Source: a virus
DNA: 33,256 bases
Direction: 5' to 3' (one strand)
Virus record (IMG/VR): IMGVR_UViG_3300045988_130193
Coordinates: 1 to 33,256 of that record
The notes beneath the pieces were generated by a model. It did not search any database. It was not told where the DNA came from and saw nothing but the letters and a program-made list of their open reading frames with translations. Position numbers and translations under genes: made by a program. Shown here piece by piece: positions 7,359-15,937 of the stretch; positions within the stretch are counted from its first letter, which is position 1; each line of letters begins with the position of its first letter.

Positions 7359-7889
7359 TTAATCTGTTGTTTTTGTATAGCAAATGGTAAAAGTGGCATC
7401 TCCCTCAATATCAGGAGTAACAACTGTTATTTGATTATCGTTTTCTTTGCTTAAATAATAATTATCATATCTTACAGAAGTAAAATATTGTCTATTATCT
7501 CCATAAGCAAGGACTAAACTTATAGAAACAACCTTGTCTAAATTAGTTATACCTGTCGCTACAGTGGGGTAGCCGTCTTTTGGTACGGTACCAGTTACAA
7601 CTTTCCTATATATAGGCTTGCCATTTGTCCATTTACCTATTACTTGCTCTGATGTTGAATAATTAAACTTGTTATTTACTTCATTAATAGAATTTACTAA
7701 ATTATTTTTATTAGTAGTATTTAAACTTGATAAATTTCCTATTGCATTTGAATTATTAGTAGTGTTATCATCATTTGTATTAACTACTTCTTTTATTTCA
7801 TTTAAATCGCTAGCATTTACCTTGTTAATATCTGCTATGTCAGAATTAACATTTAATGCTACCTTATCTGTATATGTTATTTTACTCAT
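7359..7889 (-). CDS. Tail fibre protein, paralog B
   Basis: Contains IGNLSSLNTTNKNNLVNSINE, IGKWTNGKPIYRKVV and ...YTKTTD. These motifs are shared with 7900..8433. Confidence 0.6.
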   Translation of the reverse strand: MSKITYTDKVALNVNSDIADINKVNASDLNEIKEVVNTNDDNTTNNSNAIGNLSSLNTTNKNNLVNSINEVNNKFNYSTSEQVIGKWTNGKPIYRKVVTGTVPKDGYPTVATGITNLDKVVSISLVLAYGDNRQYFTSVRYDNYYLSKENDNQITVVTPDIEGDATFTICYTKTTD

Positions 7890-7899
7890 ATTTTACCTC

Positions 7900-8433
7900 C
7901 TAATCTGTTGTTTTTGTATATTTTAAGGTTATGTGTTTAGTCCAATTGTTACCCCAAGCACCATTTGCATAAAAGTTTATATTTGTAGGATTTACATAAC
8001 AATAAACTTTATCAGTAAGATTACCAACATATCCTATTAAAGGGAAATTATAAGATAAATAATCACTTGAACCTATGTTTGCCTCCATAAATGAAGCACC
8101 GAAATCTATAAAAATATTTTTAGCATTTTCTATATTGTGTGCTATTGATGTTGTTTCATTCGTTTTTATTGTTGAAGTAAATGTTATTGTCTTTCTATAC
8201 AAAGGCTTGCCATCTATCCATTTTCCAATAATTTTTTCAGTAGTAGAATATTCTTCAAGTCTTGCTTCATTTATAGCACCTACTATACTACTTTTATTAG
8301 TAGTATTTAATTGTGTTAAATCACCAATCTTTGTATCAATACTATTTCCACTTTTAAAACTAAAATTAATATTATCTGTACCGCTTATTTCATTTATTTG
8401 TATGTCGGTACTATCTTGCATATATTTTGCCAT
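7900..8433 (-). CDS. Tail fibre protein, paralog A
   Basis: Contains IGDLTQLNTTNKSSIVGAINE, IGKWIDGKPLYRKTI and ...YTKTTD. The G.L..L.T..K..lV.AINE motif is common in Firmicutes phage fibres. Confidence 0.6.
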   Translation of the reverse strand: MAKYMQDSTDIQINEISGTDNINFSFKSGNSIDTKIGDLTQLNTTNKSSIVGAINEARLEEYSTTEKIIGKWIDGKPLYRKTITFTSTIKTNETTSIAHNIENAKNIFIDFGASFMEANIGSSDYLSYNFPLIGYVGNLTDKVYCYVNPTNINFYANGAWGNNWTKHITLKYTKTTD

Positions 8434-8445
8434 ATTATTACCTCC

Positions 8446-10434
8446 TTAATAATATATTTTTTCATTATTATAAAATACTTCATCAACACCATAAAATACT
8501 TCATTAGGTTGTATCTTTTCATCTATATATACATCTTGTTTAATTTTATAAATCTTATTTATTTCTAATATTGGACTAATAGAACAATAAATCGTATTTT
8601 CATCATCTGATATAAAATCTATGCTTTTTATTTCTTTATTTACATAAATATTTATGATAGTTCTATAAAAATTGCCTATTGGAGCCCATATATTGTTTAT
8701 TATTCTATTTGTATTATCTGAGTAGTTAATTCTATATTTACTCATTTTCGCATTTTCATAGTCTACTAAATTAGATATACTATTATTTAGTCTGCTTGCT
8801 CCTATTGGATTAAGTATAGAATTAGTGTTATCGTTATCATTTCTTATTTGCAAAGTATTTATGAAATTTATGTTTAATGTTTCGTAAATATTTTTAACGA
8901 TAGTCTTTGAATTACTTATTAATATAGAATTAGTTTTGCCTAACAAGTTTTCTTTTGATATAATATCATCATTCAAATAAGTGTTTGGCACTTCAATTGT
9001 GCTTTGTGTTATTCTTCCACTTATTGTTTTATTATATAGATTTCTTGCAAATATTGGTATGTTTGAATTGTTATATAATATTCCAGAGTTAGGTACCATA
9101 CTGTCTAAGCCTTGATAAGGCAGTCCATTATAGTTACTTTCATTATATATCTCTAGTGTTGAATATAATTTGTTCCACAACTGGAATTGATAGTTATATA
9201 AATTGAATTGCTTTGTTACATTGTAAAAAACTATCGGATTAGGAATAGGTTGATTAATATTATCTTTTTCAACTAAATAAACTTGATTATTTGCTATTCT
9301 TCCTATATATAAGGTATAAGTAGAGGTGTTTGTAAAACATAACATGAATATACTTACATCGTTTCCTCTTATACTCATACCCAAGCCCCCATAATCTTGT
9401 CCATCTGTATAATTATTTATTATGAATTGATTGTTATATATTTCTACTACAGTACTATCTTTTATATTAAATATTTGATATAGAGCATATAAGTCTGTAT
9501 TCGGCCCACTATCTTTTACTTGATGTATGATAGCATAGAAATTATTTTTTTGTTTTATTTTTGCTATAGACCTAACGAATGATTCGCTATAATCTATAAT
9601 TTTTATGGAAGTAAGTGAAATATTATCTCCATTTTTATTATATACATTTAGTTTTTCATCACTTGCAAAACCTATCATTTGAAAATCAAGGCTATTCTGA
9701 CTGTCCCAATTCTGCCATATATCAATTACTTCATAAGAAACACTACTGCTAAAACTACTATCACTTTTAAATAATTTCCAATTGTTTTCCGCTCCTACAT
9801 TTATAGTAAGTTCCACCGCAATAGGCAATCTTCCTGTTGATGTTGTATTTGTTCCACCAAACAAATAGTTACCCCCGCCTATTCTTCTTCGTATGAAATT
9901 ATAATTATAATTATTTAAATTACTAGGAAATTCATAAGACTTCTTAATTATTAATTTATATTCTGTATCGCTAGGCAATTTAACAGTAGGATTGTTTAGC
10001 AAAAGAAATCTTAAAGTTCCCACTCCTGCTCCATGTCTTTCTATTGCCATTAAATTACCTGTTTCATCAACTTCTAAATTCTGTAATCTGTCTATATTTA
10101 CACCACTTGAAAATTTTGTAATTACTTGTATTAAGTTAAAACTAACATCTACGATAGCAATATATCCAGTTAAATCTCTATTTATATCATCGACAACACC
10201 ATAAATTAATGTCTTATCTAATCCCTCATCACTTGCATTCCTACTTTGTACTGAGCCATATATATATAATCTATATACTTCATGACCTTGTTTATTTAAT
10301 TCTGCTTTTAAATTATCAGTGAAGTTATTAGTTGTTTCTTTTATTTCTTCTATAGTAGGATTGTTTTCTCCAGTTTGTACTTCATATTTTCCACATAAAT
10401 AGGCTATAATCTTACTTTTAAAATCATTTGTCAT
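8446..10434 (-). CDS. Large tail tip/baseplate structural protein
   Basis: 662 aa, in the second position after the tape-measure gene. No catalytic motif recognised. Confidence 0.5.
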   Translation of the reverse strand: MTNDFKSKIIAYLCGKYEVQTGENNPTIEEIKETTNNFTDNLKAELNKQGHEVYRLYIYGSVQSRNASDEGLDKTLIYGVVDDINRDLTGYIAIVDVSFNLIQVITKFSSGVNIDRLQNLEVDETGNLMAIERHGAGVGTLRFLLLNNPTVKLPSDTEYKLIIKKSYEFPSNLNNYNYNFIRRRIGGGNYLFGGTNTTSTGRLPIAVELTINVGAENNWKLFKSDSSFSSSVSYEVIDIWQNWDSQNSLDFQMIGFASDEKLNVYNKNGDNISLTSIKIIDYSESFVRSIAKIKQKNNFYAIIHQVKDSGPNTDLYALYQIFNIKDSTVVEIYNNQFIINNYTDGQDYGGLGMSIRGNDVSIFMLCFTNTSTYTLYIGRIANNQVYLVEKDNINQPIPNPIVFYNVTKQFNLYNYQFQLWNKLYSTLEIYNESNYNGLPYQGLDSMVPNSGILYNNSNIPIFARNLYNKTISGRITQSTIEVPNTYLNDDIISKENLLGKTNSILISNSKTIVKNIYETLNINFINTLQIRNDNDNTNSILNPIGASRLNNSISNLVDYENAKMSKYRINYSDNTNRIINNIWAPIGNFYRTIINIYVNKEIKSIDFISDDENTIYCSISPILEINKIYKIKQDVYIDEKIQPNEVFYGVDEVFYNNEKIYY

Positions 10435-10443
10435 AATTACCTC

Positions 10444-11934
10444 CTAACTTGTAAATGGAGCATTTAGTATGCAATTTAAGACATTATCTCCAATAGCAGT
10501 AATCTCACTAATAGTCAAATTATTATATATAATATTTGCCGAGTTTTCTATATCAACATTTCTTGTTATACTTTCGCCCTCTTGAATATTGCCACTTGCT
10601 TTATTTCTTTGATTATCAAACCAATTTATTGCTCTTTCACTATTGAACGAACTTGATAATTCATAAGTATAGAATATCTTTTCTTGGTCTGTTGTATTTA
10701 TTACTTTTATTTCTTTCCTTTTTACCATATAATCTTGTATTAAATCATCAATAGGGGCATCGAAGTGTACTATTTGCCCGATATTGTAAATATCTTTATC
10801 ATCAGTTACTACCTTTAAATTAACTTCTGCACTACCTTTATATTTAATATATGATTGTCCTACCTTATCAAGTTCTGCACTTGAAAGAACATCGTTTCTA
10901 TTCTCATATCTTGCTATAATTCCTTTTCTTCCTGTTTGATTTGCTATTCTATCTACTTCATCATTATTATACACGATTTGTCTGCCTTTTACAAGGGGTT
11001 GATAAACTACTTGTATTTGAGTACCAGCAATATAACTAGCATCTGTTTCTATTTGATTTTTCCCTGGTGTATAATAGAAATCTGCATCTATTCCTATATC
11101 TTTATTTGTTTTTGTTGTAAATGTCTTAGGAACACCATTTACAGATATACTTGCTATTGAACCTATATTTGAACTTGTTAAGAAGTTATTGTCATATCCA
11201 TTAGCAATTAATATTTCTGTATAATTTATACTAGCATATACTTCATCTGACTGCATTATTTGTTTATTTCTATAATCTCTACTTCCATAATTGAAAGAAA
11301 TATCATTTATATTATTTTCTTCAAACCAAGCAACATTATATTCAATATTCTTTCCTCTTGTCATTAATGTAGGGTCATAAAAGTCAATAGCAACCTTATC
11401 TTCATCAATAAGCCTTGTAAACCATTTAGAGCCTGTTATATCTGCTAAATATTGAAATACATCATAGGCAGTCTTATTCTGTGTTGAATAAGCACCAATT
11501 ATATCATCAGCACCAAATATATTGATATTCCCTAGCACGAAGCCATAATCTTTAATGGCATCTATTATCATCTCTATTGCTTCTGTTATGGTCTTATTAC
11601 TTATAACAAAGTCTAAAGTCTCACCCTCACTAAGTAAAGTCTTAAAGTCTAATATTTGCAAACTACAAAAGTGAGGATATCTAGGATTAAGACTTATATT
11701 ACCAGAATTTTTTACTACACCGCAAAAAACAAGTACATCATCTTTATATATCTTGCATTTTGAATAATCTTTTGGATAATAAAATCTTGAAGTATAATTT
11801 TTGTCATTTTCCCAACTTTTTGGATAGCAATTATTAAGAATGGTGGAGGAAGTAGTAAGTATTTCCTCTGTTATGGTAAACTCTTTATTACATACTACTT
11901 CTTCATCGTTTATTAACATTTTTAATCTACTCAT
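10444..11934 (-). CDS. Tail structural protein at the distal-tail (Dit) position
   Basis: 496 aa. Its start overlaps the tape-measure stop. The call is positional only. Confidence 0.5.
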   Translation of the reverse strand: MSRLKMLINDEEVVCNKEFTITEEILTTSSTILNNCYPKSWENDKNYTSRFYYPKDYSKCKIYKDDVLVFCGVVKNSGNISLNPRYPHFCSLQILDFKTLLSEGETLDFVISNKTITEAIEMIIDAIKDYGFVLGNINIFGADDIIGAYSTQNKTAYDVFQYLADITGSKWFTRLIDEDKVAIDFYDPTLMTRGKNIEYNVAWFEENNINDISFNYGSRDYRNKQIMQSDEVYASINYTEILIANGYDNNFLTSSNIGSIASISVNGVPKTFTTKTNKDIGIDADFYYTPGKNQIETDASYIAGTQIQVVYQPLVKGRQIVYNNDEVDRIANQTGRKGIIARYENRNDVLSSAELDKVGQSYIKYKGSAEVNLKVVTDDKDIYNIGQIVHFDAPIDDLIQDYMVKRKEIKVINTTDQEKIFYTYELSSSFNSERAINWFDNQRNKASGNIQEGESITRNVDIENSANIIYNNLTISEITAIGDNVLNCILNAPFTS

Positions 11935-11936
11935 AT

Positions 11937-13127
11937 TTATGCTCCTCCCATTCCATAATTATAATCATTTTTAGAACCACCACTAAATGTCTTAATATTA
12001 TTAACCATTTGTCCTAATGGGTCTTGTTCCATATTATTATTTACTACTACATTAACTTGTGGGCTTAAATTAGTACTTGAACTTCCATAAAGGCTAGGGG
12101 ATAAACTAAACATATCATCAAACATTCCTCCGACTGTTGAATTAACTTGTCCTTTCATATCTTCCATACCTTTTTCTAATCCAACCATATTCATCTTACC
12201 TATCCAAGCAAATTCTGTTGATGGACTATGTACTCCAAATATCCCTCTAATTTTTTTCATTATTGAATTACCTATACCTGCTATCTTGTTAAGTACCCAA
12301 TCTTTAGCAGACTTAATACCATTCCAAAGACCTTGTATTAAATTTTTACCACAATCCCACATCATTTGTGGCATTTTTTTGAAATAATCAACTAAATCAA
12401 CAACAATTTCGCCTGCTCTTGCTAGCAATATAGGTATAGCATTTAATATACCAGCAATTAAGCCCCCTAATAATTTAAAACCAGCCTCTATGAATAAAGG
12501 TAAATTATCAATTAATATAGGTATAGTGCTAAGAATAGCATCTATTATGACTGGTATCAATGTAGGTAATTGCTCTGCTAATGCTTGAATAATCATAACT
12601 AGCCCTTGAATTAATGAAGTAAGTATAACTGGTAGCATATTTGCTAATTCTTGAATTATAGTAGGCAACATACCCATTAATATTTGAATAATACCAGGTA
12701 ATGCTTGAACTAACCCCATTATTAATGTTGAAGTTCCTTGTATTAGTGCTGGTAATACCGCTTGAAGTAAAGGACCAATTAAAGGTATCAAATTATTCAA
12801 TAAAGTAGTTAGGCCAGTTATTATTTGAGGTGCCATTTTTACTATAGCATTTGATATATTTGTTCCAGCAGTAGTAAAGGTACTTATTACTTCTTCAATT
12901 CCACCTGCACCACTTAGGAAATTACTAAATGCTGACTTAGCACTATTTATTGAACCGCTTATAGTAGTAGATGCTTCTTTTGCTGTCGTTCCTGTTACAT
13001 CTAATTCTCCTTGAATTACATGAATAGCATTAAATACATCATTTAAATTAGAAATGTCATAATGTACTCCTGATATCTTTTCGGCGTCAGCAAGTAATCT
13101 TTCCATTTCTGTTTTTGTGCCACCATA
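11937..13127 (-). CDS. Tape measure protein, exon 2 (396 aa)
   Basis: Begins YGGTKTEMERLLADAEK. Contains a long Gly/Ala/Ile/Leu-rich hydrophobic helical region typical of tape-measure proteins. In frame with exon 1 once 13128..13364 is removed. Confidence 0.85.
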   Translation of the reverse strand, partial: YGGTKTEMERLLADAEKISGVHYDISNLNDVFNAIHVIQGELDVTGTTAKEASTTISGSINSAKSAFSNFLSGAGGIEEVISTFTTAGTNISNAIVKMAPQIITGLTTLLNNLIPLIGPLLQAVLPALIQGTSTLIMGLVQALPGIIQILMGMLPTIIQELANMLPVILTSLIQGLVMIIQALAEQLPTLIPVIIDAILSTIPILIDNLPLFIEAGFKLLGGLIAGILNAIPILLARAGEIVVDLVDYFKKMPQMMWDCGKNLIQGLWNGIKSAKDWVLNKIAGIGNSIMKKIRGIFGVHSPSTEFAWIGKMNMVGLEKGMEDMKGQVNSTVGGMFDDMFSLSPSLYGSSSTNLSPQVNVVVNNNMEQDPLGQMVNNIKTFSGGSKNDYNYGMGGA

Positions 13128-13364
13128 CACTTGTTAACATAAAAGTTTTTTATCTTTTATTTCTATATATTTATCATCTATATAGTTCAGCATATCTTTT
13201 CACTTATATAAAGTGCCGAAGCCTCGTGGAGGTATTATATCTTTTCAACCTCTATGCGTTGCCCCTGACTATACTTTGTATAGCCTTCGGTTCTGATTGC
13301 CCTTTTTTTGATGGGTTTCCAGTTTAATTCTTCGGTTTATACTCGGCTATGGTGTTTAATTTCA
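13128..13364 (-). ncRNA. ORF-less group I intron (IA-like) in the tape measure gene
   Basis: P1 pairs exon cucggU (13370..13365) with GCCGAG (13347..13342). P10 pairs ACCAUA (13353..13348) with exon-2 UAUGGU (13127..13122). The terminal nucleotide is G at 13128. P3, P7, P8 and P9 pairings can be drawn, and there is an AAGAUAU J8/7-like segment. Confidence 0.8.
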
Positions 13365-13868
13365 ACCGAGTTTTAAGTTATCTAACATTGTGTAATTCTG
13401 CTTTGCAAAACCTTGATAAGCATTTTGAATATTCTCAATTGCAGTACCGAACTTATTTGAGTTATCAGCCATATCTTGAATAGCCATATCGCCGACTTTA
13501 GCAGCCTCTTCTGTATCTCCACCTAGACTTTGCAACAAACTAGCACTAAATGAAGTTATTTGCTCCATATATTTATTGGCATCAATTCCGGCTGTTGTAT
13601 AAGCCTTTTTAGAATTCTCTATGACTGTATCAGCACTATCTTTGAAAAGTGTCTCTACACCACCGATATTCTGCTCTAAATCAGCAACACCTTGTAAGGC
13701 ATCTTTACCAAGTCCTAATAAAGAACTACCGACTTTTTCAATAGCACTAGACATTAAGTTACCAATAGCAATAGTACTTGCTTTCAATTTACCGGCGACA
13801 CCATTAGTCTTTTTTTCTAGGTCTTTATCATCTCCTTTAAACTTGAAGATGACTTCTCCTCCATTCAT
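13365..13868 (-). CDS. Tape measure protein, exon 1 (168 aa)
   Basis: Ends ...NAYQGFAKQNYTMLDNLKLG, followed by an in-frame TGA that belongs to the intron. GGAGG RBS. Confidence 0.85.
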
Positions 13869-13884
13869 TTATTCCACCTCCTTG

Positions 13885-13921
13885 TTATAAAATAAAGGGC
13901 TGGGCTTTTAACCCAACCCTT
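13885..13921 (-). terminator. Hairpin plus U-rich tract between the major tail and tape measure genes (partial terminator/attenuator)
   Basis: Minus-strand RNA has a 10-bp stem aaggguuggg/cccagcccuu (13921..13912 with 13904..13895), followed by uauuuuau. The single non-Watson-Crick pair is G.U only on the minus strand. Confidence 0.6.
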
Positions 13922-13927
13922 ATAGGT

Positions 13928-14401
13928 TTATTGTGTTACAACTTCTCCTTTGCCAGTTACAACAATAGTTAATGCAAACTCGCCACTATCTTCAGCAGCA
14001 CCGCCTAAATCACTAAAGTTCAAAGTACAAGGTACTTTATATTTAGTATAAGTCAATGCTCCTTCTTGAACTCCTGTTAATAATTCGAATTGTACCAATT
14101 GATTGTTGAATTGAGCAACAGTACCATCTTTGATTAATGCATGAATATCGCCTAATATTTTAACTATAGAAGCATTATTCATGTCAATTTTAACAGTGGT
14201 ATCAATAGATATGGCAGCACCAGTGATTAAACTTCTTTGAATGGCATCGCACCAAACATACCAGTCTTGTTGTTCGAAATCAGTTGTCAAACCAACCTCG
14301 GTAGTTGTACACATGGCAGTAAATGCAGGTACTGCACTAGTACCAGTATTTAAACCTAAGTTTTTGATGACTTCTCTATTATTTACATAAAATTCATTCA
14401 T
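13928..14401 (-). CDS. Major tail protein
   Basis: 157 aa, immediately upstream of the tape-measure gene. Composition is beta-rich and Thr/Gly/Ala-rich. Followed by an attenuator hairpin, as expected for a highly expressed tube gene. Confidence 0.65.
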   Translation of the reverse strand: MNEFYVNNREVIKNLGLNTGTSAVPAFTAMCTTTEVGLTTDFEQQDWYVWCDAIQRSLITGAAISIDTTVKIDMNNASIVKILGDIHALIKDGTVAQFNNQLVQFELLTGVQEGALTYTKYKVPCTLNFSDLGGAAEDSGEFALTIVVTGKGEVVTQ

Positions 14402-14416
14402 ATTTACACTTCCTTT

Positions 14417-14860
14417 CTATAAATCTTTTTCATAAATCTTACTTATAATACATTGTAAGGTTGAATTATACCCAACTCTTCTGATATCCATGTACTCTAT
14501 TGCTTGTGGATTAACATATTGAGTAAATATAATTTGCCACCTTTCCAATTTTCCATTATTTTCAACTTCTATTCTTTCTGATTTTCCTATTAGATTACCT
14601 ATTAATAAAGATAATTCTTTACACTCTTTAATTGTAAGTCCATATATGTCAATCATATAATAATTATACATAGGCAATATATCGCCATAGAATACTTGTT
14701 TTTGTCCGCTTTGTTCTTGCACGACTATTACCCTACTATCATTATCATTTGTTGAATATTCGGCTTTTATTTTCCATTTGTCAGTGGTATAGCCACTAAC
14801 TATGTTTTGAAGATATTTAATTAAGATTAATTGTTTCTTTTCTAATAATTCTCTTGTCAT
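14417..14860 (-). CDS. Head-tail joining / tail-terminator-position protein
   Basis: 147 aa. The call rests on position within the connector gene block. Confidence 0.45.
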   Translation of the reverse strand: MTRELLEKKQLILIKYLQNIVSGYTTDKWKIKAEYSTNDNDSRVIVVQEQSGQKQVFYGDILPMYNYYMIDIYGLTIKECKELSLLIGNLIGKSERIEVENNGKLERWQIIFTQYVNPQAIEYMDIRRVGYNSTLQCIISKIYEKDL

Positions 14861-15216
14861 TTCAATTCATTCTCCTTTATAGCAATTCCAACGATACTCT
14901 TTTTTTGCTTAGTATATATTTCTTGATACCATTTACCAAAAGTACCAGGTTCCGTCCAATTAGTAGTATTAGGCATAACCCATACATATTTAGCATAGTT
15001 AGTATAAGAACCTATATAATAATCTCCATCACTTCCCCTAACTCCTGCTGCCATTGAAGTTTGTCTCATGTGAACCACTCCTTTTCTTCTTGACATAGGA
15101 ATATGAGGAAATGTTCTATCAAGTGTTTGCCTTGCTATTGCATACATTATCTTATCAGAAGCCTCTAATACTTCCTTTTTCTTTCCTGGATACCAATTTA
15201 CTTTAACATCAGCCAT
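14857..15216 (-). CDS. Head-tail joining protein (HK97 gp10-like position)
   Basis: 119 aa with ATGA overlaps on both sides. Positional call. Confidence 0.45.
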   Translation of the reverse strand: MADVKVNWYPGKKKEVLEASDKIMYAIARQTLDRTFPHIPMSRRKGVVHMRQTSMAAGVRGSDGDYYIGSYTNYAKYVWVMPNTTNWTEPGTFGKWYQEIYTKQKKSIVGIAIKENELK

Positions 15217-15536
15217 TATTTAACCACTATAATCTTATTCTCTACTCTATTAAATATCCAACTATCTTGAACTTTTAACACTGTATGAACTTTATTATCG
15301 GCATATTTGCCTAGATAGATAATTTGGTCTCCTACTTTTACATCAACAAGTCTTCCAACTTGATAATAGCCAGTAGCCTCAGGCACTGTATAAATACCGA
15401 ACCTTATAGCGCTTTCACAATCATAAGGGCAACATTTAATTGTGATTTCTTTATAATTAGTATCATCAAATACTTCATCGTTTTCATCACGATTAAATTG
15501 CCTTAATGTTGCTTTCATACCATTTACTAGAAACAT
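15216..15536 (-). CDS. Head closure / head-tail adaptor protein (start trimmed to MFLVNG...)
   Basis: The ATG at 15536 lies 1 nt after the upstream stop. The track's extension to 15617 overlaps the previous gene by 80 nt. Confidence 0.5.
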   Translation of the reverse strand: MFLVNGMKATLRQFNRDENDEVFDDTNYKEITIKCCPYDCESAIRFGIYTVPEATGYYQVGRLVDVKVGDQIIYLGKYADNKVHTVLKVQDSWIFNRVENKIIVVK

Positions 15537-15537
15537 T

Positions 15538-15918
15538 TTATTTGCCTCCAAATGGTATAGTAAGAGCCATATTACTAGACATTGGTGTACCTCTATATAG
15601 ATATCCATTATTAGCAAGTATTCTTAGTGCTAAAGTAGAATAATCAGTCTTTAAAGGTGAACTCATTGTTCCTGCTTTTATATCTTTATCAAAATCAACA
15701 AATGGAATATCGTGTTCTAATACGAACCTCATTTGTTCCATAGAAGCATTTTTAATAGGCAAAGGGACACTAATTGTATCCCAACTAGCATCCCTATATC
15801 TTAAGCCTATTTGTGAGAAAATCATCTCACTTACTGCTTCTATCTGCCAAGTTGAAATATCAGCATTTGAGTATTCGGGATATTTAATCTCGAATTCCTC
15901 TTTTGTGAAAAATTGCAT
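15538..15918 (-). CDS. Head-tail connector (gp6-like position)
   Basis: 126 aa, directly downstream of the capsid gene. Confidence 0.45.
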   Translation of the reverse strand: MQFFTKEEFEIKYPEYSNADISTWQIEAVSEMIFSQIGLRYRDASWDTISVPLPIKNASMEQMRFVLEHDIPFVDFDKDIKAGTMSSPLKTDYSTLALRILANNGYLYRGTPMSSNMALTIPFGGK

Positions 15919-15937
15919 TTTCCCACCTCATTTCTAT

